NCBI GenBank assembly: GCA_963703285.1
Contig: OY969807.1
Span: 1,888,001-1,952,000, forward strand
DNA length: 64,000 bases
Direction: 5' to 3'
Source of the DNA: an uncultured Nitrososphaerota archaeon
GTDB lineage: Archaea > Thermoproteota > Nitrososphaeria > Nitrososphaerales > Gagatemarchaeaceae
Shown piece after piece: positions 59,793-64,000 of this stretch. Below the pieces are notes generated by a model. The model worked only from the letters and a program-made list of their open reading frames with translations. It searched no databases and had not been told where the DNA came from. How positions within the stretch are numbered: the first letter of the stretch is position 1; each line of letters begins with the position of its first letter. The position numbers and the translations under genes were made by a program.

Positions 59793-59804
59793 CGCTGATC
59801 AAGA

Positions 59805-60245
59805 ATGAAGGCGAAGACAAAGCGGTCCGCGACGGAGGCGGCGAGGAAGATCAGGATACTGGTCGCAAAGCCGGGGCTCGACGGCCACGACCGCGGTGTC
59901 CTAGTCCTGGCCCGGACCTTCAGGGACGCAGGGATGGAGGTGATCTACAGCGGCCTTCTCCCCACCCCCGAGGAGGTCGCGCAGATGGCCGTAGACGAGG
60001 ACGTCGACGTCGTGGCCCTCTCGCTGCTGAACGGCGCGCACCTCACGGCCTTCCCGAGGGTGAAGAGGGCCCTCGACAGGAAGGGGGGAAGGGACATCGT
60101 GGTAGTCGGGGGCGGGATCATCCCCAACGAGGACAAGCCCGCCCTCCTCAAGCTGGGGATAACTGGGCTCTACGGGCCCGGGACGTCCATGGAGGAGATA
60201 ATCGAGCACATCAGGGGGAGGGTTAAGAAAGAAAGGTGGTCCTGA
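59805..60245 (+). CDS. B12-binding small subunit of acyl-CoA mutase
   Basis: KPGLDGHDRG (DxHxxG), GGIIP, GPGT. Confidence 0.95.
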   Translation: MKAKTKRSATEAARKIRILVAKPGLDGHDRGVLVLARTFRDAGMEVIYSGLLPTPEEVAQMAVDEDVDVVALSLLNGAHLTAFPRVKRALDRKGGRDIVVVGGGIIPNEDKPALLKLGITGLYGPGTSMEEIIEHIRGRVKKERWS

Positions 60246-60276
60246 GCTGTCCGGGGACTTCGCCAGCCTCTCCCGC

Positions 60277-61458
60277 ATGGACCTGGAGCTGACCGAGATG
60301 CAGGCCCTCCTGCTCCAGCAGGTGGACAGGGTCTGCAGAGAAATCCGCCCCATAGAGGACAGGTGCTATCTGGAACACCGATTCGACGCGCAGGTCCGCA
60401 GGCTCTTCGCGGAGGCGCACCTGCTGGGCCTCCCCATCTCGAGGAGGTACGGGGACGGCCAGGGGACCGACATGGTCACCTACGCCCTTGCCATCGAGAG
60501 GATTGGAAGGGAGGGGACGGGGGTGAGGACGTTCTTCTCCGTCCACACCTCGCTCGGGATGCTGACGGTCCAGAGGTGGGGCGACGAAAGGCAGAAGGAG
60601 CGGTACCTGACGCCGGGGACGAAGGGTGAGAAGGTCCTCGCGTTCGGTCTCACGGAGCCCGAGGCCGGGAGCGACCCTGGCTCCCTGAGGACGGGTTTCG
60701 AGGAGAGAGGCGGCAGTTTCGTGATAAGCGGCCAGAAGATGTGGATCTCGAATGGCTCCATAGCGGACGCCGTCATCGTCTTTGCGAACTCCAGAGGGAA
60801 GCAGGGGATTTCCGCCTTCCTGGTGGATAAGGGCACGCCCGGCTTCTCCGCGGAACCCATAACGAACAAGATGGGGCTCTACTCGTCCGATACTGCAGCG
60901 ATCTTCCTGGACGAATGCGAGGTCCCGAGGGAGAACCTGCTCGGTCCGGCGGGGAAGGGGCTCTCCGTCGCTTACTCCGCCCTCATGAGCGGGAGGCTGA
61001 GCGTAGCGGCGGGGTGCGTGGGCGTCATCCAGGACTGTCTCGACGAGGCGGTCCGCTACTCGGGAGTCCGGGTGCAGCACGGGAAACTGATAGGCAAGCA
61101 CCAGCTGGTCCAGAGGCACATCGGCATAATGGCCGTGAACCTCGAGGCGTCAAGGTGGCTCACGATCCGCGCGGCCGTCCTCCGCCAGAAGCACCAGGAC
61201 CAGCCGAACGACGTCGCCGTCAGGGCCGCCGCCGACGCGGCCATCGCCAAGGCGAAGTACTTCGCAGCTAACGCGTCCTTCGACGCGGCCGACAGGGCCG
61301 TGCAAGTCTTCGGGGCCAACGGCTACTCCATCGAGAACAGGCCAGCGCGGCACCTGCTCGACAGCCGCGTCTGCAGGATCTACGAGGGGACGGACGAGGT
61401 CCTCGAGCAGAAGATAGCGGTCTCCGTCCTCGGGAAGGACTTCGAGGCCTATGCCTGA
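60277..61458 (+). CDS. Acyl-CoA dehydrogenase
   Basis: FGLTEPEAGSD, GQKMWISN, KMGL, QVFGANGY, IYEGTDE. Confidence 0.92.
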   Translation: MDLELTEMQALLLQQVDRVCREIRPIEDRCYLEHRFDAQVRRLFAEAHLLGLPISRRYGDGQGTDMVTYALAIERIGREGTGVRTFFSVHTSLGMLTVQRWGDERQKERYLTPGTKGEKVLAFGLTEPEAGSDPGSLRTGFEERGGSFVISGQKMWISNGSIADAVIVFANSRGKQGISAFLVDKGTPGFSAEPITNKMGLYSSDTAAIFLDECEVPRENLLGPAGKGLSVAYSALMSGRLSVAAGCVGVIQDCLDEAVRYSGVRVQHGKLIGKHQLVQRHIGIMAVNLEASRWLTIRAAVLRQKHQDQPNDVAVRAAADAAIAKAKYFAANASFDAADRAVQVFGANGYSIENRPARHLLDSRVCRIYEGTDEVLEQKIAVSVLGKDFEAYA

Positions 61459-61729
61459 GGGCGGACCCGTGACGGTCTATCTGTGCTACAAGGACTTCCC
61501 GAGGGAGTTCATGATGTTCAAGCTAGTCGGGACGACGCCGGAGGCCTTCGAGAAGTACTCTCTCGAGCTCGCCCGCGAGAACGGAGTCGACCCTTCGAGC
61601 ACGCACTTCGAGCGCCTCGACGGGATGACGAGCCGACAGGTCGAGGACCTGATACGCGAACTGGGCCTGATAACGGCGCAGAACGAGGGTGAGGTCCTGA
61701 AGGACATAGGGGCCCTCGGCCTGCCCTAG
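61451..61729 (+). CDS. Hypothetical protein
   Basis: Overlaps the upstream stop; host-like codon usage. Confidence 0.55.
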   Translation: MPEGGPVTVYLCYKDFPREFMMFKLVGTTPEAFEKYSLELARENGVDPSSTHFERLDGMTSRQVEDLIRELGLITAQNEGEVLKDIGALGLP

Positions 61730-61753
61730 GCCCCAAGGACGGTGTCGCCCCGC

Positions 61754-62173
61754 CTACTTCTTTGTGTTGAGGAGCTCTTCCTTCGTCTTCCTCGCCCTCT
61801 CCAGAAGTATGTCTGTGGCAGCCTCGAGAAGCTTGCACTTGTTCTTCTCCGCCAGGAGCGCGCTCTCGAGTTCCTCGACCTTGCTCACCGCGCTGTCAAG
61901 GTCACGGCTTATCTGCCCCAGGGGCACGTAGTCCACCCTGCGCGGCATCGACGAGAAAAGTTCCCTTTGGGCGGAGTTGATCTCGCTCATCTTGGCGGTG
62001 TCCGTGGCCGCAAGCCACGACACCTCCCTGGCTGTCTTTATGCTCTCGTAGAGTTGGTTCTGCAGGTCGACGTAGGCGTCCCAGTAGGTCATCCATGACC
62101 TGTTGAACTCTTCGAACACCTTCTCGATTGGGGTGCCGGCCGTGTCCCTTGAATCTGCGGTCAACTGGTTCAA
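61754..62173 (-). CDS. Hypothetical coiled-coil protein
   Basis: Helical, Glu/Lys-rich C-terminus; TTTTAAG TATA-like box upstream. Confidence 0.6.
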   Translation of the reverse strand: MNQLTADSRDTAGTPIEKVFEEFNRSWMTYWDAYVDLQNQLYESIKTAREVSWLAATDTAKMSEINSAQRELFSSMPRRVDYVPLGQISRDLDSAVSKVEELESALLAEKNKCKLLEAATDILLERARKTKEELLNTKK

Positions 62174-62217
62174 CTACCGCTCAGCGACTTAAAAGGTTTG
62201 GAAGACCCCGGCGACCA

Positions 62218-63259
62218 TCTGTTATCCTGAAATTGGTTCACCCCCTTGCCATCAAGATTAGAGCGAGGTGGGTATGGAACAGGGGAAGACGCTTCTACGT
62301 CTACATGAAGCTCGATCCCATCAAAGTAGCGTGGATCGTCAGGCAGAAGGAGGACGGGATGAGGAACTCCGCGATAGCGAGCTCGATGGGGGTCTCGGTG
62401 AGGAGGGTCCAGGAGCTCTACGCGTCCTATCGCACGACAGGTGCGATACCAGAGCTGAAGAGGCCGGGAAGGAAGCGCGTCGAGGCGACTGAACAAGAGT
62501 CGAAGGTCGTCGCAGAGGCCTACGCAAGGCACAGGGCGGGAGCGGTCGTCCTCGAGCGCGTCATCGAGGTTAACTACGCGACGCACATACCTCACAACCG
62601 CATCCACAGGGTGATGAGGTCGATGGGACTCGCGAGGGACGAACCGAGGAAGCAGAGGAGGAGGAAGTGGGTACGATACGAGAGGAAGTACTCGAACTCG
62701 CTCTGGCACACGGACTGGACCCTCATCGAGGGTATGGGATGGCTCATCGCATACCTTGACGATGCCTCAAGGTTCATCGTCGGGTACGGGTTGTTCCCCG
62801 AGGCGACGTCGGAGCACGCCGTGGAGGTGCTGAAGGAAGCCATCAAGAAGCACGGGAAGCCCGCCTCGATCCTCACGGACAGGGGAATACAGTTCTACGC
62901 CGTGGAGGCTGGCGACAGGCTGAGGGGGCTGACGGCGTTCGAGAAGTACCTCATCGAGAGCGAGATCAGGCAGGTCCTATCGAGGGTGTCACACCCGCAG
63001 ACCAACGGGAAGGTGGAACGTTTCTTCAGGACGGTCAAGGACAAGCGCCGATTCTTCGGCAGCATCGACGAGCTGATGGAGTGGTACAACGTGACGAGAC
63101 CGCACATGTCGCTGAACCTGGACGTCATCGAGACCCCTTACCAGGCATACCTGAGGAAGATGCCCGACAAGGAAGGGATGGTGACGGACGAGGAATCGGG
63201 AGAGACATACCATGCCCAGAAGAGCTAAGAAAGGGGCGAACTCATTTCGGGATAGCACA
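62218..63259 (+). mobile_element. IS481-family-like insertion sequence, 1042 bp
   Basis: Imperfect terminal IRs (TCTGTTATCCTGAAATTGGTTCACCCCTT vs TGTGCTATCCCGAAATGAGTTCGCCCCTT); perfect flanking 15-bp direct repeat AGACCCCGGCGACCA at 62203-62217 and 63260-63274. Confidence 0.9.
62305..63228 (+). CDS. DDE transposase (rve integrase core, IS481-like)
   Basis: N-terminal HTH; LWHTD, YLDDASR, ILTDRG, HPQTNGKVERF, YN..RPH. Confidence 0.92.
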   Translation: MKLDPIKVAWIVRQKEDGMRNSAIASSMGVSVRRVQELYASYRTTGAIPELKRPGRKRVEATEQESKVVAEAYARHRAGAVVLERVIEVNYATHIPHNRIHRVMRSMGLARDEPRKQRRRKWVRYERKYSNSLWHTDWTLIEGMGWLIAYLDDASRFIVGYGLFPEATSEHAVEVLKEAIKKHGKPASILTDRGIQFYAVEAGDRLRGLTAFEKYLIESEIRQVLSRVSHPQTNGKVERFFRTVKDKRRFFGSIDELMEWYNVTRPHMSLNLDVIETPYQAYLRKMPDKEGMVTDEESGETYHAQKS

Positions 63260-63325
63260 AGACCCCGGCGACCAAGCCGAGGTCTCACGTACTGGAGGTA
63301 GATGCCTCGATCTGGCGCGCGTCGC

Positions 63326-64000
63326 TCACACGAGAGCTCCTCGGCTCTTCAGGTACATCTGGATGCCTTCGGCGGCGACGTAGGCGGTGCAGCCTGCCAT
63401 GTGCGTCCCGGCGGTGACGTTGTCGCCCGTCGTGTTCGTGATCTCTCCACCTGCGAACACGTTGAGCGGGTTGTTCCACACCTGGTGGTACTTGTTCAGC
63501 ACCGAGGTGCTCGAGTCCGTTCCAATCCTCATCCCACCTCTGTGATGGGGCTCGTAAGACTCAAGGTGCAGTGTACCGGGGGGCACGCCCTTGCTCGTGG
63601 TTATGTTCGACGCGCCCATCTTCTGGAGCATGGCCGTCGCCTGCGGCAGGAGGTCCAGCGCGCCGTTATAGGGGTTCGCGGTCCAGTCGAGGGTAATCCT
63701 CACGAGGGGGTCGCCGTAGATGTCGTTGTAGTGCGGGTCGAGGTCAACGTTCCATCTCGTGTCCGGAAGCTCTGGCGCGGACGGCGTGAACGACACGGCC
63801 TGGCTCTTCAGCAGGTAGTACCCTTTGAGGGCGCCCTTGTACGCGCTGCCCATGGCGGCAGATGATACGCCTCCCGCCAGGATCGTGACGTTACTAGGCC
63901 CCCCGCCAGGGTAGCCTCCCGGCCCTTCCTCTGCGAGACCACCCCAGCCGCCGATGTAGTTCTTACCCGTGTGGCTGTAGTTGTCATCGGCGAGGTCGTA
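63326..64000 (-). CDS. GMC-family flavoprotein oxidoreductase, C-terminal part (gluconate 2-dehydrogenase-like); runs off the window
   Basis: VDLDPHYNDIYGDPLVRIT, HHRGGMRIG.D..TSVLNKYHQVW..NVF. Confidence 0.75.
   Translation of the reverse strand, partial: YDLADDNYSHTGKNYIGGWGGLAEEGPGGYPGGGPSNVTILAGGVSSAAMGSAYKGALKGYYLLKSQAVSFTPSAPELPDTRWNVDLDPHYNDIYGDPLVRITLDWTANPYNGALDLLPQATAMLQKMGASNITTSKGVPPGTLHLESYEPHHRGGMRIGTDSSTSVLNKYHQVWNNPLNVFAGGEITNTTGDNVTAGTHMAGCTAYVAAEGIQMYLKSRGALV

Noticed and set aside
1-64000. CRISPR array or cas genes
   Set aside because: No regularly spaced repeat-spacer pattern or Cas motifs seen.

Overview
High-GC archaeal chromosome segment. Evidence for archaeal origin: TATA boxes about 25 nt before leaderless starts, a BHB-intron tRNA-Pro, an archaeal CCA enzyme and a GPN GTPase. 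Gene content suggests a heterotrophic Nitrososphaerota/TACK-type lineage (inference). The left ~35 kb is accessory. It holds a copper-resistance locus and a ~16 kb headless contractile phage-tail operon (9677-25570) that looks like an archaeal contractile injection system (CIS). That operon encodes sheath, tube, a frameshifted chaperone pair, a Pro-rich tape-measure-position protein, hub, wedge proteins, short fibre, terminator, spike and PAAR, with a metzincin protease/TPR pair embedded in it. Next to it lie two tandem pentameric ligand-gated ion channel genes. The right half is core or metabolic: tRNA-processing cluster, prs, dapA/dapB, methylcitrate genes, a B12 acyl-CoA mutase module, and an IS481-type element with a 15-bp target duplication. 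Several genes appear to start at ACG or CTG codons. Three single-base frameshifts may be assembly errors. All protein calls are by eye from motifs; no database search was run.
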